Position numbers and translations under genes: made by a program. DNA of 62,694 nucleotides, the filler included. It is 3 parts of 3 records of this genome, joined end to end, with 100 filler letters (N's around TTAATTAATTAA, not from the genome) between each part and the next. Parts side by side here need not be neighbours in the genome. Positions count along the whole stretch, not along the records: positions 24,237 to 54,589 come from DRR378314_395; 2 more parts are not named here. One strand, given 5' to 3'. This document shows, in pieces, positions 30,401 to 47,400 of the stretch; positions within the stretch are counted from its first letter, which is position 1, and each line of letters starts with the position of its first letter. The notes beneath the pieces are model-generated. The model did not search any database, was not told the DNA's origin, and saw nothing but the letters and a program-made list of their open reading frames with translations.

Positions 30401-33400
30401 CGACCGCTACTCCTATGGCGACGACAACACGTACAACAGTAGCGACAGCGATACGGAAGCTGAACGCACTGGACCTCGCAGCTTTTCTCGCGTACGTTTA
30501 GACATTTGCGCGCCGTGCGCTCTCGCGTTCCGCTGCTCACATAGGAAGCGCTGGCGACGCGTCGTATCGCTGTCTCCGGCGAGCCGTTTGCCCCGGCTCT
30601 CCCCGAAGCTGGTGTTGGGATTTATTCGCCAATATCATTGTGAGCGAGTACGTACACGTTACTGTGTGTATCTCTCCGGACACACAGCCAGAGTCTTGAG
30701 AATGCTATAGCTTGGAGTATAGTCCAGCATATTTACATCGGTAACTGTACTGCATTTGTGAGGATTGGCGTGTTTTTTTCTTTCAAACAAAGTTGATTTG
30801 TTTCTCTCGTGATTGAAGGAACGAGAACGTCCCAAAATTATTTATCAATGTTCATTGGTGGTCTTTGTGTTGTGTTGCGAGCTCGGCTGGCGGAGAAAGG
30901 TCTGCAATGCTGATCGGATGTTCTGAATGCGCTTGTCCCGCAGTGATGTTCTACGCGGAATAGTTCTCGGTAATTGCGCTACACAAGAGCGGTTTGTTTG
31001 GTTTTCAAGGGAAGCGCCACGGCGGGATTTCCGCACACAGGTGTAGTTTCCATATTGCTCATGGGTATTCGCTGTACGTTTCTCGCACGTATTTGCGTTG
31101 ATACATTGTCACTTGTAGCTCATTGGAGTGCCTTTAGTTGACGAAGTTCTTCGACTTATGGTGCGCGCGGGCGACACCGGAATTACTACGCAAGAGCTGC
31201 GACGACGTACGTTGGCGACCACTTCCCTCCACTCCACCACTGTTCATTTCGGCGAACGAACTGCGCGGAAACGCTGTGGCAGAGTCCAACGTGAACAAAG
31301 CTGCTGTAGGTGCAACGTGGGCGTATATCTGCCAAGGCTGCGTACGTTTTTTGCAACCAGTGGAAAACTTGAGCGCACAAAGTGACGATCTTATGTGCTA
31401 TTTATCCACTCATCTTGCGGTTGGCACGGCGTTGCTACTACTGCAGGTCTTGGTGCGGGGGAGCGGCGGTTGCGGGGGATATGTATGCAGCTGAACCGAT
31501 GCAATTTTATCTACACCGAGACGGAGCGTACCGAGCGTCTGTGGTTCTATCGATACTTCGCCACGGAGAGCACACGCCGGGCATATTCGGAGCCGTTCGG
31601 CCCTTCTCTGCATCGGCTGTTCGTAGCGAATAACGAGGGACCGCGACGCGAAGCGAAAAATGTTGCCGATGGACCTGCTCCGTCCGTGGATCGGGAAGCA
31701 GACGACGCGTTGGCGAATCCGCCACCGGCTGCGACAGAAGCAGCGGAACCGGGCGACTGCGATGCGGGTAGCTCTGGGAACGCGAAGAAGTCGTTTGCAG
31801 CGTACTGCATGATGACAGACGTCGAGTTGCAGCTTTTGCGCGACACGATCAACCCTGAGCTTCACGGCGGTCCACCGCAGAGTGGTATGGAGGGAGACGC
31901 TCGCTCGCGAAGGACAAGCATACGGCTGTGTCGCAGTGCGCAGGCTCGCCCGTTGCTGTCTTAGAAACTGTAGCAGAGTCACGATGGATAGAGACCGAGT
32001 GGCAATGCAGCACTTTATTAGTAGCTCTCCTGTCAGTGCGTTTGTACGGAATTGTCGTCTCGTTGGTGCGATCCATTGCGCGCTGCTGCGATACCCGCGC
32101 GTTGTCATGCAGTGGCGGTCGCGTGTCTGCGCTGCGGCGAGTCGTTCGCAGAGCAACTAGCGAACCTTTTTGCGTAGCGTAGCACTGCACACACGGTGTG
32201 CAGTCCTCTACACTTTCTCAGTTTTTCCGTGAGGCAGTGCGTGTATTGTGTTACGTATAATCGCTTCTTAAACTCTTGGTTGTTGCCGCTGTTTTGTTCT
32301 TAAAGAGTGTCCTGGTGATATCAATCGATCGCCTGTGCGCACTGCCTGTGGTGCGGTACTCGATTCCTGCGCTTCTCCCCGCGCAACTATTCTCTTCCTC
32401 CTCCGTCTGCCTTGTCCTTTTTTCATACTGTCTGGGACAGAATGACGTGCTGTGTGCACAAATGTATATTATGTGACACGTTGTAGGAGGATTTGGGTTC
32501 TACTTTTTTGGTTTCGTCAAGGAGGCAGGGTCGCGCTTCGCTCCAGCTAACGAACGAACTCTTCCGCCTCTTGTGCTTTCGTGCTCCGGCTCCCGCTCGC
32601 CTTTCCGTCACCTGCGCGCCTCTCTTTCAGGATCGCTTCGTGAACTACGCGAGCGATTCCTCCGCACTGTGTTTGCTACCTTCAAGGCCGGGAAGGGACT
32701 CGACATTCGGAATCTGCTAATTCGATGTGAACTCGCAGCCGCAGCAGTTGGAGGAGTACGAAAGTTTCTGCTCTCCTATGTAGGTGATGCGGACAAGGCT
32801 GTGGCAGATGTTGTGCGCGCGTTCGCCTCGACCCCCATATCCGCTGCGCAAGTGCGAAACGTCGACGTGCGCACCGTCACTCGAATTTCCTCGCAAATCG
32901 TCGACTTGCGAATCATGCGAATGGTGGAAAGTACGGGCCAAATGGAAGGTGGGTCTCGAAGAATCACCGTTTTGCATCTCCTCGTGTGGAGTGCGCGCTG
33001 CGTCGAACGCGGAGATGATACGGCGAAGCTGCGTCTCCCGACACAACCGCTGAGTACATCTCCTTTGCCTGTTGTACTCGATTGTTGGACGATCCAGGTC
33101 TCAAAGGGATGCGTATGTTATATGATAAAAGCCGATGTCAGACGAATACCGACATTGTGGATGGTGCAAATGCGTGCACGAGAGCCGCTGCGCAAGCAAA
33201 GCGGTTCCTCATCGGCGAACTTCAGCTCTCGCGCGAAGCGCCCACGCTCGGACAGCAGTGGCAAGCGCTCTCAAACCATCGCTTATACAAAGCCTCGCTT
33301 GTCCGCTGCCCAATCACTAACCCCGAACCTGAAGGCGTATTTGCGGCGGCTGCTCTGGGGTACACGAACGACTCCATCGGTCGGGCGCTGTACTCGCTGG

Positions 33401-35718
33401 TCCAGACCGTTCGCCGCCGCTTCTCGCCCGGCGAAGGCGTCTCGTGCCGTCGCGTACTCCTTCTTGCGTCGCCTACTGAGATTGTTTCCTTTTGTGGATG
33501 CGCTGGAATCACCCCTTCGCTGCGGAGAGACGTTGCAGAGAATCTTCGGAAGAAACAAAATGGTGATGAAGCGGATGATGGCCTCGCTGAAGGCAGAGAT
33601 CGGTCTGGTGAGCGCGGAGGGGCGGGTGTGGAGCAGAGCGGCAATCGACAGGAGCTCACACGCACGGGCGATGAGCAGAGCCGGCCCGCTCGAGACCGCT
33701 CCCGCGGCGCCCTGGAGCTCGTTCGGCGTGTATTGCGTCAACAGAGAGAGATGCAAATGCAACATGCCTCACCCGAGAGCCAGGATGGGCATGACGAAGC
33801 TAAGGCTCTCCAACAGCGGCATATTCTCGCTTTGTGCGGGGACGAACCGGCGGTCGCTGTCACGCGGGTGAGCGTTGGCAAGCTGAAGCGCCTCCTGGCG
33901 GATTCGGTCTACCTTGGGCTCTCAGAACCCTCGCCCGATCCACGATTGACGCTGATATGCAGCGCTGTTACGACAAAGAGGTTCGCGGAACTTCCCAAAC
34001 TTGTACGGGAGCTAGAGCAATATGCACAGAAGACCACAAACGGGGAATTCACTCCACCGAGAAAGGCGGTTGGCACGAAGTTTGCTGCGGGACTTGACAC
34101 GCTCGGCGCTCCCGTGTGGAATGCGCTCCGGCAGCTCTGCGAGCGCGTCGGAGCGGTGGAGCAGGCTCTTGCCCCCCTTCGAGACTCTGCATCAGAGTAT
34201 GCCGCCGACCCGGGAAAGAAGAGGAAACGAGGAGCATGGGGTTTGCGCAAACAGTTGATGGCCATCGGGTCTTGGCGGGATCGAGGCGATCGCGTGCGCT
34301 TCCGCGAGGAACAGCCGGGTTCTGACGCGGCCGCTGGCGGTGTGCAGGGCGAGACCGCGGGCGGCGCAGAGACCTCTCGGCGAGATATGTCGCTGAAACA
34401 GTACCGCCACTCCATTCGTCGCTGGATCACCGAGCTTCCTTTCATTAAATCAGCAGAAGACCGGCAGGCGCTATCGGCACTGCAGTCCTTGGCGCGCGCG
34501 CGCGCGTGGAGCGCCTCCGAAGAGGTGGAGGCGGAGCACCTCATGCTTGCCGAGTCGCTCGCGGGCGATGCTATGCAGGCAACGGAGACCGCTACTATTC
34601 CGCTGCGTTTGCTTGTCGATGCCGTGGCTGCCATGCGCGTGCGCCCGAATATTGGAATCGCCGTCCTTGCGGAGCAGGGGTTGCCAATCGCGCTGCCGCA
34701 AAGCGAGGGCGAGGTTCATGCGTTTGTTCAAGGGGTTCGCCTGCGTGCGTCGAAGGAAATCAACGACGAGATCGCCGAGCTCCACCAGCTCGCGCGCAGA
34801 ACAGCGGTCGCTCGTCGTGCGCACAAATCCCGCACCTCGCTCCGGTGGGACCCAGCGTCGGGCATGTGGTACTGGAACTCGCCGTGGAGTCCGCATCCTG
34901 GGAGATCTGCTAGTTTTTGGGCGCGAAGGAGTCGCTTGCACGTGCGCAAGCCGCTGCTTCCGTACTCCACCAAGCGCTGGCCTGCCGCTTCGGTGTCAGC
35001 TGCGTGCGCTGCGGCTGTGCACATTCTTTTCCGCCACATCCGGCGTCTCGACGAAGTTTCATCGATTCTATTAAAAGTGGAAGCTGCCTTGGTGCCGGGT
35101 ATGTGCGGAAATATAGACGCCAGCGCAATGCTGCGTATGTGCATTGAGAACCCGCTGGTCTGGTCGGCGCTCGTCGCGCGCTGCGGCGAACCGGCCGCGC
35201 TCGCGCGCTTTTGCTCGAGTCTTGCGGCTCTTCCGCTGGTCGAGCTAGGCGCGGTTCCGCTGCATGTGTTCTCGCGCCTACCAAGACTTCTTGGGATCCC
35301 GCCCGACGAAGCGCGAGCCGATGTGGATGAAAGAGATGACAAATATGGACCGCACAGGATGAAAAAGAACTGGGTCGGTGAAGAAGTCGGCAATCCTGAA
35401 GCGACTGCCCTTGCTGCGTTGCTGACCACTGCACGAGAGTACTGGCCGCCACTCCAGGCGTGCTACCCCGAGCGCGGGCGCGTGAATCAGCAGCTGGACA
35501 AAAATGCGATTAACCTCGACGATCTCATTGCATGCCACGGGTTGGCATTGGAAGAAGACGTGAAAACCTTGATCGAAAATGGCGATCGCGGGGCTCGCGC
35601 GCGCCCTGCGTTCCGGACGGAGGAGCGCACGTTTGCAGTCGCAGGGCCAGGAGGAACTGTGCAGATGCGCCAAGCAACTGTGCTCTATCCGCACCCGCTT
35701 ACGCAGCTCTTGTATTGA
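27486..35718 (+). CDS. Multi-exon gene for a large winged-helix protein, probably TFIIIC subunit 1 (GTF3C1/Tfc3/tau138-like)
   Basis: N-terminus YDDILLQCVRTVAYHAMDPIPYSAVW. Exon 28653-28892 reads RVALIRELVRAGAAGTTSKRLSELLGRSAGDIFAATRFL (B-block-type wHTH). Exons 31119-31206 and 31447 onward splice to PLVDEVLRLMVRAGDTGITTQELRRRLG...WFYRYFAT. The last exon of about 2.6 kb ends LYPHPLTQLLY-stop. Not all exons were resolved. Confidence 0.6.
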
Positions 35719-36180
35719 CAATGTATGTCTTTGCGGCACTGCGAGGCCTGCCTGTCCATGATCTATTCTTTCCAGTGTTTCAAGATCACTGCAGACGCAG
35801 TTGCGTGCGCTTGTGCGCGCGGGCTCCTTCCTCTCCCCTTGTGCTCGGCGTGCGCTTTCGTCCAGTCCGCACGGAGCCGCAGCAGGTGGCGCGAGACCTG
35901 TAGTTCGATTCTTACTCTCGAATACAGCGACCGGAGAACCCTCTCGCGCTTCCCCTTCACTTGGCCCTGCTGCGCGCCTGCTCGCCGCCAGGCCGTAGCT
36001 GCACTCGCGCTCCCCCGCTTTGCACGCACCGCTGGTGCGATCCAGGATCCCCGTGCGCGCGGTAGTGTATTGCGGAACAGCTAATCCATCGGGCGTATAG
36101 AGTATTTCATATATGCTCGCTGCGACCGCGCCGCGCACAGCAAACCGGGGCGGCGGCGCTTGAGTGCGTGCGGAGCACCA

Positions 36181-39603
<3,423 letters not shown>

Positions 39604-40252
39604 ATGCGCTAGTACTGCGAGGGACCGTTGACGGAATCAATCTTCCCAGGTCTTGTGTACTGGGAGAGTCGGTGCTCTTTTGTGGCTTCTTTGGCTCTGC
39701 GTGCGCGGCCAGCCGATCGCATTTTCGCTCCAGAAGCTCTCGCTGCGCTTCGTACGCTCTTTGCTGTGCCAGTGCTGTCCACGTTTCTCTGAGCGGGGAG
39801 GGAGATGCGCGATGATCGACTACAAGTTTACTTCACAGGCTCATGGGTATCGCGTAGACGCTGCAGGCTCTACAAAGGATGCGAATCCTGATGGTATTGT
39901 GATTTTTGTTAAATATATGCATGAGCTCGTTCGATGTCGCGAGTGTGCATGGCCTACTTGTGAAGAACGTTTGCGCAAAGCTTGGCAACACGTGTCTCAC
40001 CTCGTGGCAGATACACCTTGCCAGCTTCACGGCAATGTGTGAAACATGCTACGCAGTTATATTTCTTGTTTTACCACCAGAGCAAGTGCGCGTAGTGGCA
40101 AGACTGACACGGTTGTTGGACGTCGCTGTGGGTAGTATTGGAACCGCTAGCAGCCGCGATTGGCGAAACTCATTTGCTAGCGCATGCCGATGCAGAGAAC
40201 AACTATGAAGCGAACACGAGTACGTCCTCTCTAGCCTTTTGCCGTTTTTGTT

Positions 40253-41722
40253 TCAGCGGGAAATGATGCGGAAGCACGTTCGCGCCACGCTTGCGGTGCC
40301 GTGAGCGACCGCCTTTGCAGCCACAACAGCACCTCGCCGACCCCCAGGCAGGTACGAACAGGCATAGAACAACACAGAGGCGCCCTGTAGCACAGAGCAC
40401 GCTACTGTAACAAGATACGAGTGTACAACCAAAGCTGCGTACAGGGATAGCAGCGATGAGCCGAGGAAGGCAGCTGTTACGAAGCGCCGCTCGCCGGACA
40501 GGAGATGCTCGACCTGCGCTCGCACTGCGCATCACGCGCGCGGAACAGATACACCGTATTCGCCGCCACACATTCCCCGACATCGTAGAGATACACGCAC
40601 ATCGTAAGCATCTTACAGTAATGAGTACATCAATCATGAAATCGACGAGAAAATATAGCTCACGTGCCATGCAGTCTGAGCGATATTGCTCGGCGCCTCC
40701 CCGCCGGAGTGCACGAGTTGCTCCGCATGCGGCGGCAAGCCGGTGTGTGTGTGTGTGTGCATAATACGCAAACGCACAAAACGTACCGCCACGAAGCATG
40801 GCAAAAGCTCCCACAAAAGCCAGACATCCCAGCGAAAAGGACAGGGCGAACTTCTGCGGACGAAATACAATCACTGAGCGGTACAGCATGGGGATGAGCG
40901 ACAGCAGGAATGCGCAGACGCAGCGAAGCCATTGTACAGGAGGTGAGCGAAAGCGCGCGGACGATTCCGAGGTATGCCTGTCGCAGCCATACCGGAAGTT
41001 TGATTTTAAATATGCAATCGGAGAAGCAGCAATAACAACGATACGGCGCTTTTCAGGTCGATGACGATATAGGGCGGAAAAATCACTCTTCAATTGTCAG
41101 TGGGCTCGGTGAGGCACCTGCGAACGCACCTGGAAGACCAATGAAGAATGCCAACGAGAAGAAAAACAGTCCCGCGAACGCCCACACGGCGAAAAGCTGC
41201 ACCAGTAGGCCAAAGGGGCAAGCAGAGCAGCAAGTGCGCAAGTTACCATCGCGACATTCCATCTCAAATTATCATGCGCGCCTATATAGCACGTGTGGAG
41301 AAAGGGCGTACCTTGAGGCGGCTCGGCGAGAGCATACGCAGCGAGGAGCCGCGGTCGCCGCGCGAGGTGGCGCCGCCGCTCTCGACGTCAGTGCTCGCGT
41401 CGCTCGGCGCCCGCGCCAGCGACTGCAGCGGAAACAGCAACCGGTCGGCGAAGCTCTTGCTCTCCGACGCCGTCGCTCCATCACTCTCCGATGCGCTGCA
41501 ATCATAAACGAAGTTAAAGATTTGAGAAATCATCAAATGCACTGGAATTCGTTTATGGAAACGCAAGGGCATCTGCTGCGAACGCCACACTACGGGCAGT
41601 TAAGCGCTCAGCGCAGCGTACCTCGACTGCGACCTGCCGCCAGAGCCAGAATACGCATTCCACTCGGCAAGCAGGGATCGGCTATCCTCATTTTGGTCCG
41701 AGTCGGTGTCTGCGCAATACAT
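40253..41722 (-). CDS. Got1/SFT2-family vesicle transport protein (spliced; 5' end uncertain)
   Basis: Spliced peptides SLLAEWNAYS, FFFSLAFFIGLP, IVFRPQKFALSFSLG, AMLRGVRAQVEHLLSGERR and SYLPGG, with four TM helices. Confidence 0.82.
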
Positions 41723-42734
41723 CGCATTACCCGTCCAAGTACGATGAGCTCCCAAATGCCAACAATAGAGCAGTGAATCCGGCACAAGGCAGCAGCGTTC
41801 GCGCGATTTGGCAGCTTTGGTCACGATGCAAAAGGGGACGGCAGTGCAACTGGAAGCACTATTCCCCGTCCTCAACAATAGTATGCAAAGCGACCGTACG
41901 CCGAACACCACCGGACATATAGCATATTACATACAAAGATCAGAGTTGACCACAGCAGAAATACAAAAGCGATGGATTTTCGTTTGCAGAAAACCAGCTG
42001 GTGTGCGCAAAAGGTCAGCGCGTAAGTTGCCCGCGGGGTTCGACACCCAATACTGTGCGGACTGCGAGTGTTGCTCCAACGCGTTTACGTTGCTCTTCAC
42101 AAAGAGAAGTGCTGGCGCGGCGGCACCATACCGTGGCCTGACGACGATGAGACTTTCTTAAGCCAGTCCATTCTAGACTGTTGAGGCGCTCAATCGGAGC
42201 CGAAGCGCCACCTCGCTGCTAGAGGCGGCTGAGGTATGAGCCTCTGCTCCGCTTGTGGCCAAAAGCGCTTGCGGAGACCGCAAAGCGAAGCGGCGCCTGG
42301 GCAACGTGCGCAACAGGCAAATACGAAGCCTTGCGACCTGATACAGCACTATGTGGAGCAGCGATACGACATGAATCCAGAAGAATGGTGCTGAATACAG
42401 GATCTACCGCTGCGGTTCGCAACGAAACGCCGCGAGTCCCGCGCGGCCTCGCAGTGCGGTTGCGAGTGCTGCCGTGCTTGCGAGTGCAATGCGTGCTCTT
42501 CGGCAAGCACGCGCGTATTTTCCCGCCCCGCGAGCATCGCGCAGCGCTGCTGCGGCGCGCCTGGCTGAGAAGCGTCGTGCAGGCACCGCACTCGCGCTTG
42601 CGTGCAGAAGAATCTCCTGCTGATTTCGTTTTCCATCCTCCTCGCCTCAACGATTCGAAATTCAATCGCTTAGTTGGCAAGAAGAAATCAAACTGGCCGA
42701 AAAGAGGCGCTGACGAGTGTTCAAACAGAGCGCG

Positions 42735-44242
42735 ATGGAGCGCGTCGGCGCTGCTTTGAGCACCTCGTTGGGTGCGGCGCGCCGTGCTGTGCAAGTGCCG
42801 TGGCGGAACCCTGGTGACAACGCAGTGCCGCACGTTCCCAGGCGACCCCCGACGGCGGAAGAGGTCGAGGATCTACGGATCTCCGAGTTGCGGACACAGC
42901 TGCAGGAGGGTTTAACTATGGCGCGGTTTTCGTCCCGCCGCCTGCAGAGCGTCGGACGCTCAGCCGCAGCGCGGCTGCGCGATCAGGTGCGCTGCGCTGC
43001 TCTCGCACGCGTGCCGCTGCGCCGCGCCGCTCCGTGCGGCCGGAGACTCGGGCACACCCTTGCGCAAGCACAAGGATTAGCGCATCATTTCGAACGTGCA
43101 TTAAATTGATTTTTCAATAGGTGAATAAATACTGTTGAAGCGTCCGCGCCAAGGGGTTGTCATGAGCGCAATTCGTTGCTTTTCTGACGCAATGCTGCGG
43201 CGCCCCGGTGCTTCCTACGCAGTGGGCGAACGCCGGCGGCGCTGCGCGCTGGGCGGGAGCGCGTGCCGCCGCAGCAGCGCTGCTTGCAGATGCACGCGAA
43301 GCTGGAAGCGGAAAGGGCCCCGCCGATGTCCAAGGTATGACAAGAAGGGTCTGTCAACCATCTTATAGTAGCGTTGCTATACGGAGCACCGGAGCACATG
43401 CTGCGCGGGAGGAAAAGGGGACTGTGCGTGCGCGTTGTGAGCACACGAGTGTTGCCGCAGGCGCGTACGCCTTCGCAGTTTCGCCGCGCAGGGCGGTTCG
43501 ACCTGCGGCGGAACGCGAACGAAAACGACAATGTCCCGGCGTGTGAGCCCAGTTCCTATACACCATGATGTTGTCGTGAAGAAATAGCATTTCGTTATCT
43601 GACTGAGGTGTCTTTTTGTGAATCTTCTGCTGCGTACTCGCTCGTTGCATCCTTTCTTTTGTGCCGCGTGCAGCTCTCGCGGCAGTTGCTCGCGTCGTCT
43701 ACGAGCAGCGTCGCGAGATTGTCCCTATTCTCCGCGCAATCGTTCAGCTCGCGCGAGGCCCCGAGGCGAAAGCGCTTGCGCGTGCTTGCAAGCCACATGC
43801 AGCGTATGGGTCTGTATTCCTTGTCTCCGGGGCGATTGCTCTGCTGCAGGTGCTGAACTCTGCGGTTGTGCTGTTGGGAATATACTCCCGGCGACACGCT
43901 CGCAAGACGCTGCCGAAAGCACGGGAGAGATACGCCGAGGTCATGTCGCGCTTAGAGAATGATTCACCTGCTCTATACGCAGCCGTGCTTCAATTTGGCG
44001 AGATACTGGCTCGCGCAGTCTTACCTTCGCGAGCTATCGGCAAGTTTGCCGCGTACCTGGTTCCTCTAGTTGTTTCGTCGACGCTCTCCGCTCTCGAAGC
44101 GACGCTGCGACGACGCTTTCCCGACGCGAACCCGCACATTCCTCGGAACGCAGCGGAGATGCGCTCGCTGATTCTCCGACTGAAAGGCGCAGTTGATCGG
44201 TCGGAGCTCGTTCATCATATGTCCAAAGACGTTCTGTTGTAG
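42735..44242 (+). CDS. Hypothetical protein, about 310 aa, 3 predicted exons
   Basis: Exons 42735-42986, 43223-43334 and 43674-44242 are phase-compatible with GT-AG ends. One hydrophobic stretch; no family recognised. Confidence 0.5.
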
Positions 44243-44490
44243 TATATTGTGATAAATTCAGTGCCTTTTTGCTTCTGGTACTCGCGCGCGCTGTCCTCCC
44301 GGTGCGGCGCGCGCATGTGCAGCCCGTGACCACAATGGCGGTCGTTCATGCGCAGTATACGGTTCAAGCATATTGGCATCATTCATTGGGATAAACGGTA
44401 TCAAGCGTACTCAATAAACAGATATCGGTAGAGGACGCCGTGGTCCTGTTCCGTGCGCGCGGAGCAGGCGTCGCTGTCGCGCAGCCCCTA

Positions 44491-47400
44491 CTAGTCCCTA
44501 CCCACATTAAAAGCCAGCGGAAGCACCTCGTCCTGTTCGTCGTCGCTCATATACGTATGCGGGTCTTCGCGATCGTCCGCGGGCAGCGCATGGCCGGCAA
44601 GCGCTTCTTCTTCGCCGTCGCGGAGAGCGGGATGCTCGTACGCGCCGCAGTGCTCTGGATTCACGGGGCGGTCCAGCAGCGCAACGTCGCGCGAATCTGT
44701 CTTCGCATCGACAGTTTCCTCGGGGTGGAAATAGAAAGTGATGTACACGTACGACGATAGCGACCAGAAAAAGAGGCCAAACGTTGCGATTTCAGCCAAA
44801 ACCAGCCGCTGTAGCACGTAAAAGCCGCACAGGCCAAAGAGCAGAAGGCACAGCGACAGGAAACCGAACGAAAGCGCCGTGTGTCCGACAGCACCGCGAC
44901 TGTCGAACGACGTGCGCGAACGCGTGTAGAAGAGCGAGTACTTGTCCGTGTAATGCTGCACCGAAAGAAAAGGCCAAACAAATTCGCTTCAATTAGTATC
45001 AATACTTGCATACATGCTGCAGCACGGTGGACGAACTCGCATTTGCTAGGCGTTCCGGTAAACAGTTTCGACCGCGCAGAGACCAGGCGGCCGCAAGCGC
45101 CCGAGACACGCACCTTGGCTATAAAATACAATAATCCAAAGGGAAGAATCATCGGTACAAGTACGCTGTACACGATTGTAATCGCAAGCATTCCCAACAT
45201 GAATGCATAATTGTACCCGAATTCGAACTCGAGCGCTTCGATTCTGTATCCAAGCGGCGCAGCAGTCGCACGCAGTGCAAGGACGCCGGTGGAAACAAGA
45301 CAAGCAAACAACTGAGAACGCAGTCAGATCTGCAGCAGCGCATTCCAGCTCTGTCGCGGTCGGATATGCATACGCACATCCGTTACAGTGGACAAGGGCT
45401 GGAACGTGTGTCTCCGCTATAGAAGCAGAGCGCCGCACTATTTCCTTCATCGAGGCGTGTCGGAAAATTGCGGCAACCACTGTACGCAACGTAGCGTGGT
45501 GCGCGAGCTGGCACGGCGCAGTAGCGGCTCCCTTTGCAATCCCGACAAACGTAGGGGTAACGCTGGCAGATACCCACGCGCGTTTGCACAAGAGTACGTG
45601 CTGGAAACGGCGTCTCCGTGCGGAGCGAGATGTCGCCCCGATTTCACGTTTCGACGCACCTTGCCTTGCGCTCTTCCTCGGGCGTCCGCGCAACGAAGCG
45701 CGACCACAACCGCACCGACACCGAGGAGAGGTCCGTCAGCGAAAACGCTGACGAGAAGAGGGCAGCTTGGATGAGGTAGCGCATAAAGAATGACCCTGAA
45801 GCGGATAAAAATACGGAACCGACGATTTCGAATATGCCGTCGATGCCGTGCACACCGCGCTGGGACTCCTCCTCCGCGTACGCGATGAGGGCGTTGATCG
45901 AGCTGAGAGCCATTGTGGGAAGTACCAAGTTATTCAGCAGCAGGAAAATAAAATTCTTCAGCATAATCGAGCGCTCACGCTGTGAGTGCTGCTGGTGTCC
46001 TTCGAGGTACGCCACAATGTCGATTCCGTACGGAAGCAGTACCGAGTTGATGATCAAAATGACAAGAGTGGGGAAATAGTCGGTGATCACACTGCCGAGA
46101 AACGTCGACGACACATTCTTCTTCACCACGGTGTTCATAAAGGGTTCGAGCTTGCCCAGAACGGCAATCGGTGTGACAAGCATGGTCATGGTGATGAACA
46201 GCGCCACATTGAACACGATCCAGCGCGACATGCGCGCAGCTGCGTTGATTCCCATATTCCGCCATATGATGTCCGATGGATCCGGCGCCGCGCGCGTCTG
46301 CAGAGGAGAGCCACGGGCGCAAGCGCGCGCAACAGAAGAAACGCAAAGAAAATCAGGAAACAAGTGACAGCGACGCGTAAAAAAACGTGAGGCATAGGGC
46401 GCTTATGGCCCACCCGAGTCGCGTGTGATCGATTCACGAATCTTCAATGTGATGTGCTACACCTTGCCAAAGTAGCACATCAGCCATTCGCGCTAGCTAC
46501 TTGCTTCTGCTCGCTCGAGAAAACCAATACGGCGATCTACCAGCGGTGCAGCTACGCTGCAATGGCGGTATTTTTTTTTTCGCTGTGCGATCCTGCGCTC
46601 GCTGAGCGCGCTGCTTCGCTGGAGCACAAAAGCAGAGCAGGCGAGAAGCGCTTCCCGGTGCTCAACGGAGCTCAGGGCCACACATAGGCACGTTGCTTTC
46701 TCTCCTCGTGCGCTGCAATACCGCGCAGCCGTGACGCGCTGCTACAGAAAGCAATGCCAACAACATGGGAAAGGGGGCCCGTAGCGGAGGCGCAGTGGCA
46801 TGCAAGGGCAACGAGTGCCCACTGGCTTCGCACGCACCGTCCACTTGTACACCTGCATCTCCTGCAGCACCCGCGACGTTCGGCTCTGGTTCGCTCGCGG
46901 GAGCAAAGCGCGTTCACGCGCAGCGAAATCCTCGAGGCATTGCTGCACCGCAGCGACACGCCGCAACCACGAGAAGCAATATAGTTATTCGCCCAAAATC
47001 AAAACAAATTGCGAACGCTGCCCTCACGCGTGCGTGACTAAGCGCCGAGCCGTCCCGACCAGCGCGCTGGAAACGCGCGAGATCTCGCAAGAGTCCTCGA
47101 TGCGCCTCCAGGCCTCCATACGAGCAACGGGACCTCTGGCGGAACATGCACGGCCATCAGAATTGCGCATAACTCTTTCGGACAAAAACGTCTGTCATAT
47201 CGTCCCAATTTTATGCCACTGGCTCTCCCTACTACTTTTGTACTTTACCGAAAAGCAAAGCTCGTCTCTTCAAGCAGGATAGGCAGACGCGCGCGCGTTC
47301 GCTCAGTCGCAACTGCGGCGGCGCGGACGGAATTGCAGCGCAACGAACACGACTCCAGCGGTACAAGCAGGTGCCTGGTTCGCACTCTGCGCTCGCACCT

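Noticed and set aside
40742..40759. (GT)n microsatellite, plus the GA run near 38335 and poly-T tracts
   Set aside because: Ordinary intronic simple repeats and polypyrimidine tracts.
42030..42050. GGTTCGACACC resembling a tRNA T-loop or Pol III B-box
   Set aside because: No 5-bp T-stem, acceptor stem or convincing A-box, so no cloverleaf can be built.
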